In this document: positions 9,890-19,638 of the stretch, piece by piece | How the letters are laid out: each line of letters begins with the position of its first letter | Numbering within the stretch: the stretch's first letter is position 1 | Assembly (NCBI GenBank): GCA_002311835.1 | Contig: DBZY01000049.1 | Coordinates: 49,964-113,963 of the forward strand | Reading direction: 5' to 3' | DNA from: Proteobacteria bacterium UBA1148 | GTDB lineage: Bacteria > Pseudomonadota > Gammaproteobacteria > Steroidobacterales > Rariloculaceae | DNA length: 64,000 nucleotides | Position numbers and translations under genes: made by a program | Notes under the pieces: model-generated | Told to the model about the DNA's origin: nothing | What the model saw: only the letters and a program-made list of their open reading frames with translations | Databases searched by the model: none

Positions 9890-11316
9890 AGTCCCTTCTC
9901 CACAATTTCCAGTGCTTGCTTCAGAATAGCGCTCTTTGAGAGCACCTCCTGGTACTCATGTTCTGGGTTGCTGTCGGCAACGATGCCAGCGCCCGCTTGG
10001 AAGCTATACTCGTTACCATTGAAGACCATTGTGCGGATGGTAATGGCTTGGTCCATATTGCCGTTCTTTGACAGGTAGCCAACAGTGCCGCCATAGAGAC
10101 CTCTACTAATCGGTTCCATCTCCGAGATCAATTCCATTGCTCGCACCTTTGGTGCGCCGACCAGCGTTCCGGCAGGAAAAGCTGCTGCGAATAAATCTAG
10201 AGCGTCATATTCTTCCGCCAGTTTGCCTCGTACGCCGCTTACGATGTGCATGACATGGCTGTAGCGCTCGATTTTCTTATAGGGTTCGACGTGAATAGAA
10301 CCCGCTTTGGCAACCCTGCCTAGATCATTTCTCGCCAGGTCGACCAGCATGACATGCTCAGCATTTTCCTTTGGATCTGCGAGCAATTCGGTCTCAAGCG
10401 CAGCGTCCAATTTTGAGGTCTCTCCCCGGGGCCGAGTTCCAGCGATTGGTCTGAGCGACGCTTCCTGCTGATCCAGTCGTACTAGCGCTTCGGGAGAGGA
10501 CCCTGCGATCTTAAGATCACCGAGTTCGAAAAAATACATGTAAGGCGATGGATTCAAGAGACGCATCGCTCGGTAACACTGGAAGGGGTCTAGATCTGTC
10601 TTTCCCGAAAAACGGATAGAAAGAACAATTTGGTAGATGTCTCCGGCGGCGATGTGAGCTTTGCAGCGTTCGACTCTAGCTATGAACTCCGATTTATCCA
10701 AGCTACCCGACGCCTTTGAAAATCCCCGTTTTTTCGGCTGATCTGAGCGCTGAGAATGGGTACGGTGATCAATACTTTGATGCAGTGCGTGGACAACCCG
10801 AGAGCGCAATTGTTGACGTTCGTTTTCGGTTCCCGAGTGGAGTAGCGCTACTCTCCGCGTGAGATGGTCAAATACGAGTAAAGATGCTGGTGCGACCAAC
10901 GCTGCTTGCTGTAATCCACTGAGCTCTGCCTGGTTTGGAGGGAGCCTCTCGAAATAACGTACGACGTCATAACCATAAGCTCCGACCAGACCACCAGAGA
11001 AGGGAACGCTATCGATCCTAGGATATAACGCGGGGGATCGGTCCAGCGTTTCGCGCAACACGGAGAGCCACTCTGACCCACTTTCTGGCCGTTGTGTTTT
11101 CTGACCATCCACCACGAGTCGGTCTGCGTAAAGTTCCAGGGTTGGCCCGGGGCCTAGTCCCAGGAACGAATAACGCGCTAGGCGTTCGCCGCCCTCAACA
11201 CTTTCCAGAAGGAACCGTGGTTCAAGAGCGGAAACGTGGCAGGCTTCCTGTTTAAGCTTTAGATACGCCGATACCGGCGTGTCCAGATCTGCGGCGATGT
11301 CAAATGGTGCTTGCAT
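9886..11316 (-). CDS. trpE: Anthranilate synthase component I
   Basis: It shows [14 protein letters not shown] (the Trp-feedback region) and the chorismate-binding C-terminus ([37 protein letters not shown]). The ATG is at 11316, and an in-frame TTG at 11319 is an alternative start. Confidence 0.9.
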   Translation of the reverse strand: MQAPFDIAADLDTPVSAYLKLKQEACHVSALEPRFLLESVEGGERLARYSFLGLGPGPTLELYADRLVVDGQKTQRPESGSEWLSVLRETLDRSPALYPRIDSVPFSGGLVGAYGYDVVRYFERLPPNQAELSGLQQAALVAPASLLVFDHLTRRVALLHSGTENERQQLRSRVVHALHQSIDHRTHSQRSDQPKKRGFSKASGSLDKSEFIARVERCKAHIAAGDIYQIVLSIRFSGKTDLDPFQCYRAMRLLNPSPYMYFFELGDLKIAGSSPEALVRLDQQEASLRPIAGTRPRGETSKLDAALETELLADPKENAEHVMLVDLARNDLGRVAKAGSIHVEPYKKIERYSHVMHIVSGVRGKLAEEYDALDLFAAAFPAGTLVGAPKVRAMELISEMEPISRGLYGGTVGYLSKNGNMDQAITIRTMVFNGNEYSFQAGAGIVADSNPEHEYQEVLSKSAILKQALEIVEKGL

Positions 11317-11343
11317 CAAAGTGATTCTCTAGCCTCTATAAAT

Positions 11344-11377
11344 AAAAAAACCCATCTCCGGAGGTACGGAGACGGGC
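11344..11377 (-). terminator. Intrinsic terminator forming the trp attenuator, 25 nt upstream of trpE
   Basis: The minus strand reads GCCCGUCUCCG-UACCUC-CGGAGAUGGG followed by UUUUUUU. That gives a 10-bp stem with one G-U pair, a 6-nt loop and a U7 tract. Confidence 0.75.
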
Positions 11378-11408
11378 TTGCATGATCGAAACGGACTCTT
11401 AGGTCAGA

Positions 11409-11489
11409 TTACGTGCGCAGTACCCTCTCCGCTGGCGAGCCTCGCCACCAGCGCTGTACCCGGGAATGAATGCTTGCAGGTCCGCTCAT
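11409..11489 (-). CDS. trpL: trp operon leader peptide (26 aa, tandem Trp codons)
   Basis: The minus-strand ORF is ATG AGC GGA CCT GCA AGC ATT CAT TCC CGG GTA CAG CGC TGG TGG CGA GGC TCG CCA GCG GAG AGG GTA CTG CGC ACG TAA, giving MSGPASIHSRVQRWWRGSPAERVLRT. It ends 31 nt before the terminator stem. It is below the 60-aa cutoff of the supplied ORF track. Confidence 0.7.
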   Translation of the reverse strand: MSGPASIHSRVQRWWRGSPAERVLRT

Positions 11490-11496
11490 GGCGGGG

Positions 11497-11526
11497 AGTA
11501 TGTCCCCAGGCGCTCTTGAGGGTCAA
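11497..11526 (-). promoter_or_regulatory. Candidate sigma70 promoter for the trp leader and operon
   Basis: The minus strand has TTGACC, an 18-nt spacer, then CATACT, ending 7 nt before the leader ATG. It is a weak match called by eye only. Confidence 0.3.
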
Positions 11527-11549
11527 GCTCGCAGAGGCTCTGTTACGCC

Positions 11550-13364
11550 CTACAGCTCATACAGGAGGGGCAGAACGACCGAGAAACCAAGCCACATGAT
11601 GAGAGCCAAAGGCAACCCGACCCTGAGAAAATCGGTAGCTTTGTAACCGCCTGCCGATAGCAGGAGCAAGTTAGTCTGATAGCCAAAAGGGGTTGCGTAA
11701 CTCATGTTGGCCCCAAAGATTACCGCAAGGATGAACGGCTCCGGCGAGACTCCGAGTTGATCTGCAATCTGTATAGCAACTGGCGCGCCAATCACGCCGG
11801 TGGCGTTGTTAGAGACGATATTGGTAAAAATTGCCATGACCAACATCAAAATACTGAGAATCACTGGTATTGGTAATCCTCCCACGCCGGCAACCAGCGA
11901 TTGGGCGAGATAAAGTGCGCCACCTGTTTCGATCATCGCTACGCCCAACGCCATGCTTGCAACGATGACCATAATTACCTGTGGTGACAAAGCGCCTGAT
12001 GCGTCACTCCAGCGGAGGCAGCGAGTCGCCAACATCAAACCGACGCCCGTCACGGCAGCACCAGAGATCGGCATGATGCCCAGCGCAGCCGCTAGAATCA
12101 CGATTGCCATGATCGCTACGGCACGTGGTGCGCGATGGGTGTAGGGGAGGTTAGTAGTACCGTCAAGCACTAGAGTAGTGTTTGAGCGTTTTAGTTGTTC
12201 TAGCTGGGGACCGGTTCCCTGCACCAGTACGATATCCCCAGCGTGTAGGGAAGTTGCGCCAATATCGCTGGAGATTTCCTCTAGGTCGGAGCCATAGGCG
12301 CGATGAAGTGCCAGTGGTAAGAGTCCCGTTCGTTGCGCGAACCTGCTGCCTAAAAGGCTTGCGCGGTACAGCATGGAATCACGTGTAACAACAATTTCTG
12401 CTAAGTGTTGAGGTTCTTCATCGTCCTGTTCCGCTCCATGCTCGCTATGCAAAGTGGCTCCTATTTGCTTCTCGAAACGCTTGAGGCGCTCTGGCATATC
12501 CCGAACCGCAAGCCGGTCACCTTCGCGTATCGTTACTGATGGGAGCCTGGTAACCGACAGATCTTCGCCTCGATCGATCCGATCAACACGCATCTCGTTA
12601 TCGGTAAGGGCCAAACACTCGGCAAAGCTTTTTCCACAAATCGCACTGTCTGCGTTGACGTAAAAAAGCGCACTGAAAACCCTTGGTGCGGTGTCAGACA
12701 AAGGGGCCTTCCGTTCAGGTAGAAGCCGGGGTGCTACCAGCCAGAGGTACGCTAAGCCAATGCTACCGACGATCAGGACGGGGAGAGCAAAATCGAACAT
12801 CTCCAGTTGTGTAACGCCTTGGTCTGCGGCAATGGAGACAACGATTAGATTCGTTGAAGTGCCGATGGTGGTAGCCATGCCTCCCACCAGAGTTGCTAGC
12901 CCGACGGGCATCAGTATGGAGGATGGCGCGAGCTGGGTTCGCACTGCGACGCCGATAAGCATCGGTAACAACATGATGACAATAGGGGTGTTATTTAAAA
13001 ATGCACTTAAAACGGCGCTAATGACTATTGTGCCAAGGCTCGCCAAACGAGGTCGTACCATCCAGGTTCTGGCAAGAAAAATTGCTAGGGGTTGCAGTGC
13101 CCCGGTGGTTTCGAGTCCCTTACCCATGATCATCAATGCGCAGACAGCAATGAGTGCTTCATGACCGAATCCAGCAAGAAATATGGTCGGTGCCAGTACC
13201 CCACCATCAGCTTCGTATGGGTACAGTTGGAAGCTCGTGATCAGGATGACGAGTATCGCCAGTCCCGATGCCTCCAGAGGCAGCCTGTCTCGGGTAAACA
13301 GATACAGCGTAAATCCGGTCAGTAGTAGTACGAAGATGCCATGGTTGTCGGGAAGGTTGGGCAC
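11550..13364 (-). CDS. SLC13/DASS-family anion permease with central tandem TrkA-C (RCK C-terminal) domains
   Basis: 604 aa. Hydrophobic N- and C-terminal halves flank a soluble insert of about 170 aa (..VTIREGDRLAVRD.. and ..LHAGDIVLVQGT..), which is typical of TrkA-C pairs in CitT/SLC13-like permeases. Confidence 0.8.
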   Translation of the reverse strand: MPNLPDNHGIFVLLLTGFTLYLFTRDRLPLEASGLAILVILITSFQLYPYEADGGVLAPTIFLAGFGHEALIAVCALMIMGKGLETTGALQPLAIFLARTWMVRPRLASLGTIVISAVLSAFLNNTPIVIMLLPMLIGVAVRTQLAPSSILMPVGLATLVGGMATTIGTSTNLIVVSIAADQGVTQLEMFDFALPVLIVGSIGLAYLWLVAPRLLPERKAPLSDTAPRVFSALFYVNADSAICGKSFAECLALTDNEMRVDRIDRGEDLSVTRLPSVTIREGDRLAVRDMPERLKRFEKQIGATLHSEHGAEQDDEEPQHLAEIVVTRDSMLYRASLLGSRFAQRTGLLPLALHRAYGSDLEEISSDIGATSLHAGDIVLVQGTGPQLEQLKRSNTTLVLDGTTNLPYTHRAPRAVAIMAIVILAAALGIMPISGAAVTGVGLMLATRCLRWSDASGALSPQVIMVIVASMALGVAMIETGGALYLAQSLVAGVGGLPIPVILSILMLVMAIFTNIVSNNATGVIGAPVAIQIADQLGVSPEPFILAVIFGANMSYATPFGYQTNLLLLSAGGYKATDFLRVGLPLALIMWLGFSVVLPLLYEL

Positions 13365-13492
13365 TGGCGGTTCTTTTTTGCTTGCTTATTCCTCTAATAA
13401 CATGGCTTAAAGATCATCGCCATACTTGACACCCAGCAACCGAGCCTAGAGGCTAGCGCGGCTTTGTCCAACGTTCCCAAAATGACCCGCGA

Positions 13493-15328
13493 ATGCTGAG
13501 AGATCCCGCAAATCAGGATATCTCGTTTGAGAGCTATTTAGGGGTCTTTCGATACGGCCAGAGAGCTATACGGCTGGTCTGGTCTACTCACAAAGGGCTC
13601 ACAATAGCTCTTGCGATATTCACATTAACCGCCGGCGTGCTTCCGGCAGGTGTTGCCTATGTGGGAAAGCTCATAGTTGATGCCGTTGTCGCTCAGATCG
13701 GTGTCATTAATATCGGAGGTGAGGCGGAATATTCCACAGCCCTCTTCTGGGTCGTTGTGGAAGGCATTATTGTTGCGGGCTTGGTTGGTGTTCAACGCGC
13801 CATTGGGTTCTGTCAAGCGCTACTTCGAGTTTTGCTCAGTCAACGGGTCAATGTTCTCATTCTGGAAAAGGCATTGACACTGGAGTTGGCGCAGTTCGAG
13901 GATTCAGAGTTCTATGACAAGCTCAACAGAGCTCGGCAAGAGGCTTCTAGCCGACCGCTCAGTCTGGTTAATCGAACCTTCGGTCTTGCACAATACGGCA
14001 TAGCACTGGTGAGTTTCGGAGGTTTGCTACTGCAGTTTTCCCCCTGGGCGGTGTTAATACTCGTTGCCGCGGGCTTTCCTGCATTTGCTGCGGAAACAAC
14101 TTTTTCTGGTGAACGATTTCGCATTTTCAAGCGCCGCTCCACGGAGCGCCGAATGCTGATGTACTTGGAAATGGTATTGGCACGTGAGGATCACGCGAAG
14201 GAGGTTAAGTTATTCGCGCTTGGGAGCGAATTCTTGAGTCGCTACCGGAAGATTTTTAACCGCCTCTACGAAGAGGACCGGAAGCTTGCCATCCGGCGCG
14301 ATGGATGGGGATTTGCATTGGGACTTTTCGGTAATGTCGCTTTCTACGGCACCTATGCTTGGATCGCCATCTCGACCATTGAGGGTGCAATATCCATTGG
14401 AGAAATGACAATGTACCTGTTGGTTTTCAAGCAGGGTCAGGCGGCAGTTTCTTCGATGTTGACTTCTATCGGCGGTATGTACGAAGACAATCTGTACTTA
14501 TCCAATCTTTATGAGTACCTAGAGCAGGACACTCCTAAATTGGGTGGAACAGTCAGCATTGGTTCTGACCCTGAGGCTGGCCTCGTGTTTGAGGATGTGA
14601 CCTTCACCTATCCCGGGGCAGACTATCCGGCTGTCCGGAATGTAAATCTTAAAATACGTCCTGGTCAGAGTGTGGCGATTGTTGGTTTGAATGGCTCGGG
14701 GAAGACTACGCTCATCAAGCTCATGGCGGGGCTCTATGCCCCAGATACCGGCACCATTTATTATCAGGGCACGGATCTAGCCGATTGGGATTCGCTAAAG
14801 CTACGAAATTCCGTTGGGATTATTTTCCAGGACTTTAATCGGTATCAGCTTCAGGTAGGTGAAAATATAGGAGCCGGTGACGTTCGTCATATGTGGGAGG
14901 ATGAACGCTGGGTCGATGCTGCAACGAAAGGTAAAGCAGCGAGCTTTATCGAGAAATTGCCAGAGAAATATCACACGCAGTTGGGGCGTTGGTTTAATAA
15001 AGGTCAGGAGCTTTCTGGTGGTGAATGGCAGCGAGTCGCATTGTCTCGGGCCTTCATGCGCACGGGGGCGGACATTCTCGTTCTTGATGAGCCTACCGCG
15101 GCTATGGACTCCCAGACAGAGGCAGAAATCTTCGATCACTTCCAATCTCTGACCGCGGATAAGATTGCAATCCTGATTTCTCATCGATTTTCGACCGTTC
15201 GCAGAGCAGAGTTAATTTTAGTCATGGACGAAGGTGAGATTATCGAGCGAGGCAGTCACGAAGAGTTGCTGGTGCTGGAGGGGCAATACGCTCGACTCTT
15301 TGAGCTTCAAGCACGAGGTTATAGATAA
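13493..15328 (+). CDS. ABC transporter, fused permease/ATP-binding protein (exporter type)
   Basis: 611 aa. An N-terminal six-helix transmembrane domain is followed by Walker A GLNGSGKTT, the signature LSGGEWQR, and Walker B ILVLDEPT. Confidence 0.85.
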   Translation: MLRDPANQDISFESYLGVFRYGQRAIRLVWSTHKGLTIALAIFTLTAGVLPAGVAYVGKLIVDAVVAQIGVINIGGEAEYSTALFWVVVEGIIVAGLVGVQRAIGFCQALLRVLLSQRVNVLILEKALTLELAQFEDSEFYDKLNRARQEASSRPLSLVNRTFGLAQYGIALVSFGGLLLQFSPWAVLILVAAGFPAFAAETTFSGERFRIFKRRSTERRMLMYLEMVLAREDHAKEVKLFALGSEFLSRYRKIFNRLYEEDRKLAIRRDGWGFALGLFGNVAFYGTYAWIAISTIEGAISIGEMTMYLLVFKQGQAAVSSMLTSIGGMYEDNLYLSNLYEYLEQDTPKLGGTVSIGSDPEAGLVFEDVTFTYPGADYPAVRNVNLKIRPGQSVAIVGLNGSGKTTLIKLMAGLYAPDTGTIYYQGTDLADWDSLKLRNSVGIIFQDFNRYQLQVGENIGAGDVRHMWEDERWVDAATKGKAASFIEKLPEKYHTQLGRWFNKGQELSGGEWQRVALSRAFMRTGADILVLDEPTAAMDSQTEAEIFDHFQSLTADKIAILISHRFSTVRRAELILVMDEGEIIERGSHEELLVLEGQYARLFELQARGYR

Positions 15329-15365
15329 GATCCTAGGGTACAATTCGCCGCTTCAAGAGCTTCTT

Positions 15366-18107
15366 ATGCCTATACCCTCATCAGAAACTGTCCGTCGCGC
15401 TGATATCTTTTTCGCGGGAAAGGATCAAGCACTGAAAAGAGACGTTCGACGCCTAGGGGAAATGGTCGGCGAATTGGTCAAGGAACAGGGAGGCGAAGCT
15501 CTGTTTGACTTAGTTGAAGCAGCACGTAGGGCTTCAATTGCGCACAGGGAAGGGAACATTGGTGCGCTTGAGGAGTTGCAAACGCTGCTTTCCGCTTTGG
15601 CACCAAGTATCGCGAGAGATTTTATCCGCGCCTTCTCTACCTATTTCCAAATGGTCAACATGGCTGAGAAGGTACACCGTATTCGGCGTCGTCGCGCTTA
15701 TCTCATAGACGTTAAAACCCCCCAACCTCTGGGCTTCATTGATACTCTAAACAAGCTGAAAGATGCTGGTGTGGGGGCTTCGGAGGTTGAGGAAGCGTTC
15801 GGCAAGGTTTCTGTGGAACCCGTTTTCACTGCCCACCCAACTGAGGCGAGTCGCAGGACTCTCCTGAGAAAGCAACAGAATATCGCACGTCACCTTGTGG
15901 AGATGCTTGATCCTTATCTAACCCCCCAAGAAGAGCGGGCCACTCTGGGCAGGATACGCCAGGAGATGACCTCTGGGTGGCAGACCGAAGAACACCCTCA
16001 AGCACATATGCGCGTTGCAGACGAAGCCGAACACGCGTTGTTTTTCTTGACCGACGTTTTATACCAGATAATCCCCTCATTTTACGAGGGTCTCGAGGAG
16101 GCGATTGGTACGGTTTTCTCCAATAATGCTATACAGATTCGCCCGGGGACGTTGGTCAAATTTGCATCGTGGGTGGGTGGGGATATGGACGGCAATCCGA
16201 ATGTGACTGCCAAAAACATTCGTGAAACTCTTGCACGTCAAAGGGCGCTGGTACTGGATCTCTACTATAACGAGTGTTTGACTCTCGCCAAGCAATTGAG
16301 TCAAAGTGAGAGTCGTGTAGATGTTAGCTCAGAGCTTAGGAATCAAAGCGAAGTCTACGCAGGGCATTTTCCGAAGGCCGCTCGCTCTATTCCAGCTAGG
16401 CACCGGGAAATGCCTTATCGAGTCTTTCTGCGTCTTGTGGCAGCGCGTTTGCAGGCGACATATGACGATAGCGCCTTCCCGTACGAATCGCCGGATGACT
16501 TCATCCAGGATATTGAGATCATTGAAGATAGTTTGCGGGCTAATAAGGGACGTAATGCGGGGTTATTTTCCCTTCATAGACTGCGTACGCGAGCAGAAAC
16601 TTTTGGGTTCCACATTGCAACCCTTGACGTGCGTCAGAATGCTCTAGTTCACCGGCGAGTCATCGGCGAAGGTCTTCAGGAGGATGGATGGCTCGATCGA
16701 ACTCCCGAAGCTCGTACGGTTCGATTGAAAGAGGCGCTCGAACGTCGGGAGTCACCTGCAAGCTCTTTATCATCTGAGGGGCGACGAACACTTTCAGTGT
16801 TTCAGACGATTGCCCATTGCCGACGAAAATATGGCATCAACGCGATCGGACCGTATATCGTCAGTATGGCTCACGGTCCCGATGATGTGCTTTCAGTACT
16901 ACTGTTGGCAAAGTGGGGGGATCTGGGATCTAAAGGCGCCCCTGTTCCTTTGGATGTAGTACCGCTATTCGAGACGTTGGAAGACCTGGAGAATTCTCCT
17001 ACCATCATGGAAGGGCTGCTTACGGACGAAATTTACCGTTCACATCTTGATCATCGAGATTCCCACCAAATGATCATGATTGGCTATTCCGACAGCAATA
17101 AAGATGGTGGTTTGGCAGCGGCTCGCTGGACTCTACACAACGCACAGCGTGACTTGGTGGACGCGGTTGAAAAATTTGATGTGAAGCTGACACTGTTTCA
17201 CGGTCGCGGCGGCACAGTGAGTCGGGGCGGTGGACGGTTACATGAGGCAATTTTCGCTGCGCCCAGCGGGGTTGTAACAGGCCGGCTCCGCATGACGGAA
17301 CAGGGCGAGATGATAAATGCGAAGTATGGGCTACACACCATTGCTTTGCGATCGCTTGAGCAGACGGTGAGTTCGGTATTAGCCGTAACGGTTAAACCCC
17401 ACGAGCATCCAAAGGCAGCATCAAGTTGGCGGAAAATTATGAGTGAGATTGCAACTGCAAGCCGCGCAGCCTATGGAGGCATGATTTACGATCGGTCCGA
17501 ATTCCCAGCTTATTTTCGTAACGCAACGCCTATCGATGTTATCGAGCGACTGGGCATAGGTTCTCGACCGACTTCACGCGGCGATCTCGGTAGTTTGGAA
17601 GAATTACGTGCTATTCCATGGGTATTTGCTTGGACTCAGAGCCGACTCATATTGCCAGGTTGGTTTGGACTGGGTACGGGACTCGAACACGCGCTGGCGA
17701 AGTTTGGCGAAGAGACCCTTCGGGACATGCAAGCAGAATGGTATTTTTTCAGGGTGCTCCTTTCGGATGTAGAGGTGGTGTTGGGAAAAGTCGACCTGGA
17801 AATTGCGGAGTTATATTCAAAACTTGCGGGGCCACTTCACGATATGTTCTTTCCAGCGATACATTCTGAGCACGACCGCTGCGTCGAGTTGGTGCTACAA
17901 ATAACAGGTCAGACAAAACTGCTTGAGAAAGAAGATACCTTGCGCAGGGCGATTCGACTTCGAAATCCCTACGTTGATCCAATGAGTTTGCTTCAGGTGG
18001 ATCTTCTAAAACGTTGGCGTGAGGGTGACCGCACTGACGATTCTGTTTTGCAAGCACTCATGGTGAGCATCAATGGTATAGCACATGGGATGCAGAACAC
18101 TGGCTAG
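15366..18107 (+). CDS. ppc: Phosphoenolpyruvate carboxylase
   Basis: It contains VFTAHPTE, GYSDSNKDGG, FHGRGG.VSRGGG, and the C-terminal ..GMQNTG. I chose the ATG at 15366 because upstream in-frame codons overlap the ABC gene and lack homology. Confidence 0.92.
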   Translation: MPIPSSETVRRADIFFAGKDQALKRDVRRLGEMVGELVKEQGGEALFDLVEAARRASIAHREGNIGALEELQTLLSALAPSIARDFIRAFSTYFQMVNMAEKVHRIRRRRAYLIDVKTPQPLGFIDTLNKLKDAGVGASEVEEAFGKVSVEPVFTAHPTEASRRTLLRKQQNIARHLVEMLDPYLTPQEERATLGRIRQEMTSGWQTEEHPQAHMRVADEAEHALFFLTDVLYQIIPSFYEGLEEAIGTVFSNNAIQIRPGTLVKFASWVGGDMDGNPNVTAKNIRETLARQRALVLDLYYNECLTLAKQLSQSESRVDVSSELRNQSEVYAGHFPKAARSIPARHREMPYRVFLRLVAARLQATYDDSAFPYESPDDFIQDIEIIEDSLRANKGRNAGLFSLHRLRTRAETFGFHIATLDVRQNALVHRRVIGEGLQEDGWLDRTPEARTVRLKEALERRESPASSLSSEGRRTLSVFQTIAHCRRKYGINAIGPYIVSMAHGPDDVLSVLLLAKWGDLGSKGAPVPLDVVPLFETLEDLENSPTIMEGLLTDEIYRSHLDHRDSHQMIMIGYSDSNKDGGLAAARWTLHNAQRDLVDAVEKFDVKLTLFHGRGGTVSRGGGRLHEAIFAAPSGVVTGRLRMTEQGEMINAKYGLHTIALRSLEQTVSSVLAVTVKPHEHPKAASSWRKIMSEIATASRAAYGGMIYDRSEFPAYFRNATPIDVIERLGIGSRPTSRGDLGSLEELRAIPWVFAWTQSRLILPGWFGLGTGLEHALAKFGEETLRDMQAEWYFFRVLLSDVEVVLGKVDLEIAELYSKLAGPLHDMFFPAIHSEHDRCVELVLQITGQTKLLEKEDTLRRAIRLRNPYVDPMSLLQVDLLKRWREGDRTDDSVLQALMVSINGIAHGMQNTG

Positions 18108-18167
18108 ACAAGTTGTCAAATGTGTTTGCGGGGTGATTTGAGCCAGTGAATTATTCTTTCTTCAATC

Positions 18168-18608
18168 TCATCCCCAGCAATCTCGGTTTCGGAGATACAC
18201 TGTCCTCGGACCGAAATCCCCGCGCGATGCACACTTTAGTGAGTCGCCGGGAACGAGAGGATGCCATGAGGCGAGTCCTCTGCCTTCCATGAGTCGCCGA
18301 TAAGCACACGTAGTAGGCATCCATTTCAGGTCCTCCAAAGTTTCATGGCTCAGCACGACGCAGTCCACAACATGTTCTAGTCGAGTTGGGTACTGTGTAC
18401 AGCGGCATTCCGAAATGTTCAATAAGCGGCAGGCGACGTCGGTATACAGTACTTCCCCTGTGTCCTCGTTTTCGAGTTTGTGCAAACAGCAGCGACCGCA
18501 CCCATCACACAGCGACTCCCATTCTGATTTGCTCATCTCAGATAAGGATTTAGACTCCCAGAAAGGCTTGGACTTTGTTTGTTTTTGCTTACGGGATAAT
18601 TTGGCCAT
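18168..18608 (-). CDS. ycgN: YcgN-like UPF0260 cysteine-cluster protein
   Basis: The stretch [50 protein letters not shown]...C.C..Y parallels E. coli YcgN ([35 protein letters not shown]). I took the start at the ATG at 18608. Confidence 0.7.
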   Translation of the reverse strand: MAKLSRKQKQTKSKPFWESKSLSEMSKSEWESLCDGCGRCCLHKLENEDTGEVLYTDVACRLLNISECRCTQYPTRLEHVVDCVVLSHETLEDLKWMPTTCAYRRLMEGRGLASWHPLVPGDSLKCASRGDFGPRTVYLRNRDCWG

Positions 18609-18646
18609 AGATGAATAGTGTAAGCTCCCCGATCGTGTCGAGTAAG

Positions 18647-19603
18647 ATGAAAGCCGCGTTTCTTGATTTTGCAACCCTAGGACCGGGAGTAAATACTGCT
18701 TCCTTGGATAAACTGCTCCAGGTGAGTTACCACACGAACTCTAATCATGCAGAGATCCTCGAGAGACTTCACGACAAAGAAGTCGCGCTGCTAAACAAAG
18801 CAGTTCTCGATCGGGATATCATTACAACAAGCGGAGAGCTAAAACTCATCGTACTGGCGGCGACCGGAACAGATAATGTTGATTTGTCAGCGACCGAGAA
18901 GTGTGGAATCGCTGTTTCCAATATTCGCAACTACTGTACGGATGCTGTAGCGCAACATGTCATGGCCTTGATTTTGGGACTCACTCGACAGGTTGGAGGT
19001 TACCGGGCTCTCGTCTCGGCCGGGGCCTGGCAGCGCAGCGAGGCGTTCGCTCTATTTGAGTATCCGATTAGGGAGCTAACGGGTAAGACCCTCGGAATTG
19101 TGGGCTATGGGATCCTAGGACGTGCCGTGGCAAAGGCCGCTCGTTGCTTCGGTATGGAGGTGTTGATTGCCGAGCGTATCGATGCGGAGAAAGACACTAT
19201 TCGAGAAGACCGGATTCCACTCCGCAGTCTGCTCCAGCAGGCAGACGTAGTCAGTCTTCATTGCCCACTTACGAACTCGAATCATCACATGATCAGCACC
19301 AGAGAGCTTCGTCTCATGAAAAAAGATTCCTTGTTAATCAACACGGCACGCGGAGCTTTGATTGACAGCCAGGCGTTGGTGGAAGCGCTTGATGCGGGGA
19401 TCATTGCCGGGGCCGGGATTGACGTGCTGGCGAAGGAGCCGCCAACGGATGACGAACCGCTACTTAGACCCGGTATTCCGAATTTAATACTGACCCCTCA
19501 TATCGCTTGGACTGCAAAGGAATCTCGGCAGCGCGCGTTGGACCAGATGGTAGAAAATATAACGGATTTCTTAGGTGGTGGGCGACTCAGAAGAATTGTC
19601 TAA
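18647..19603 (+). CDS. D-isomer-specific 2-hydroxyacid dehydrogenase (glycerate/hydroxypyruvate reductase-like)
   Basis: It has the NAD-binding motif [14 protein letters not shown], the catalytic-region motifs NTARG.LID..AL and DV...EP, and HIAW. The start is uncertain (18611 or 18647). Confidence 0.8.
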   Translation: MKAAFLDFATLGPGVNTASLDKLLQVSYHTNSNHAEILERLHDKEVALLNKAVLDRDIITTSGELKLIVLAATGTDNVDLSATEKCGIAVSNIRNYCTDAVAQHVMALILGLTRQVGGYRALVSAGAWQRSEAFALFEYPIRELTGKTLGIVGYGILGRAVAKAARCFGMEVLIAERIDAEKDTIREDRIPLRSLLQQADVVSLHCPLTNSNHHMISTRELRLMKKDSLLINTARGALIDSQALVEALDAGIIAGAGIDVLAKEPPTDDEPLLRPGIPNLILTPHIAWTAKESRQRALDQMVENITDFLGGGRLRRIV

Positions 19604-19638
19604 AGGGCGGTGCGCCAGACACTCATAAACTTCTGGTC

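Noticed and set aside
12691-13164. Long antisense ORFs inside well-supported genes. Examples are 12691-13164 (+), 56351-56818 (-), 26674-27171 (-), 22632-23078 (-), 23103-23549 (-), 6945-7436 (+) and 62541-63017 (+).
   Set aside because: Each lies entirely opposite a gene with clear conserved motifs. Their translations are compositionally skewed (R/S/P/A-rich) and lack motifs. I treat them as frame shadows, which are most frequent in the GC-richer prp genes.
18168-18260. A possible frameshift at the C-terminus of YcgN. Its tail (..[26 protein letters not shown]) looks unlike E. coli YcgN.
   Set aside because: Translating the two alternative frames by hand gives an immediate stop in one and an equally dissimilar tail in the other. 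Loose alignment (GPRTV versus RGRxV) suggests divergence rather than a frameshift.
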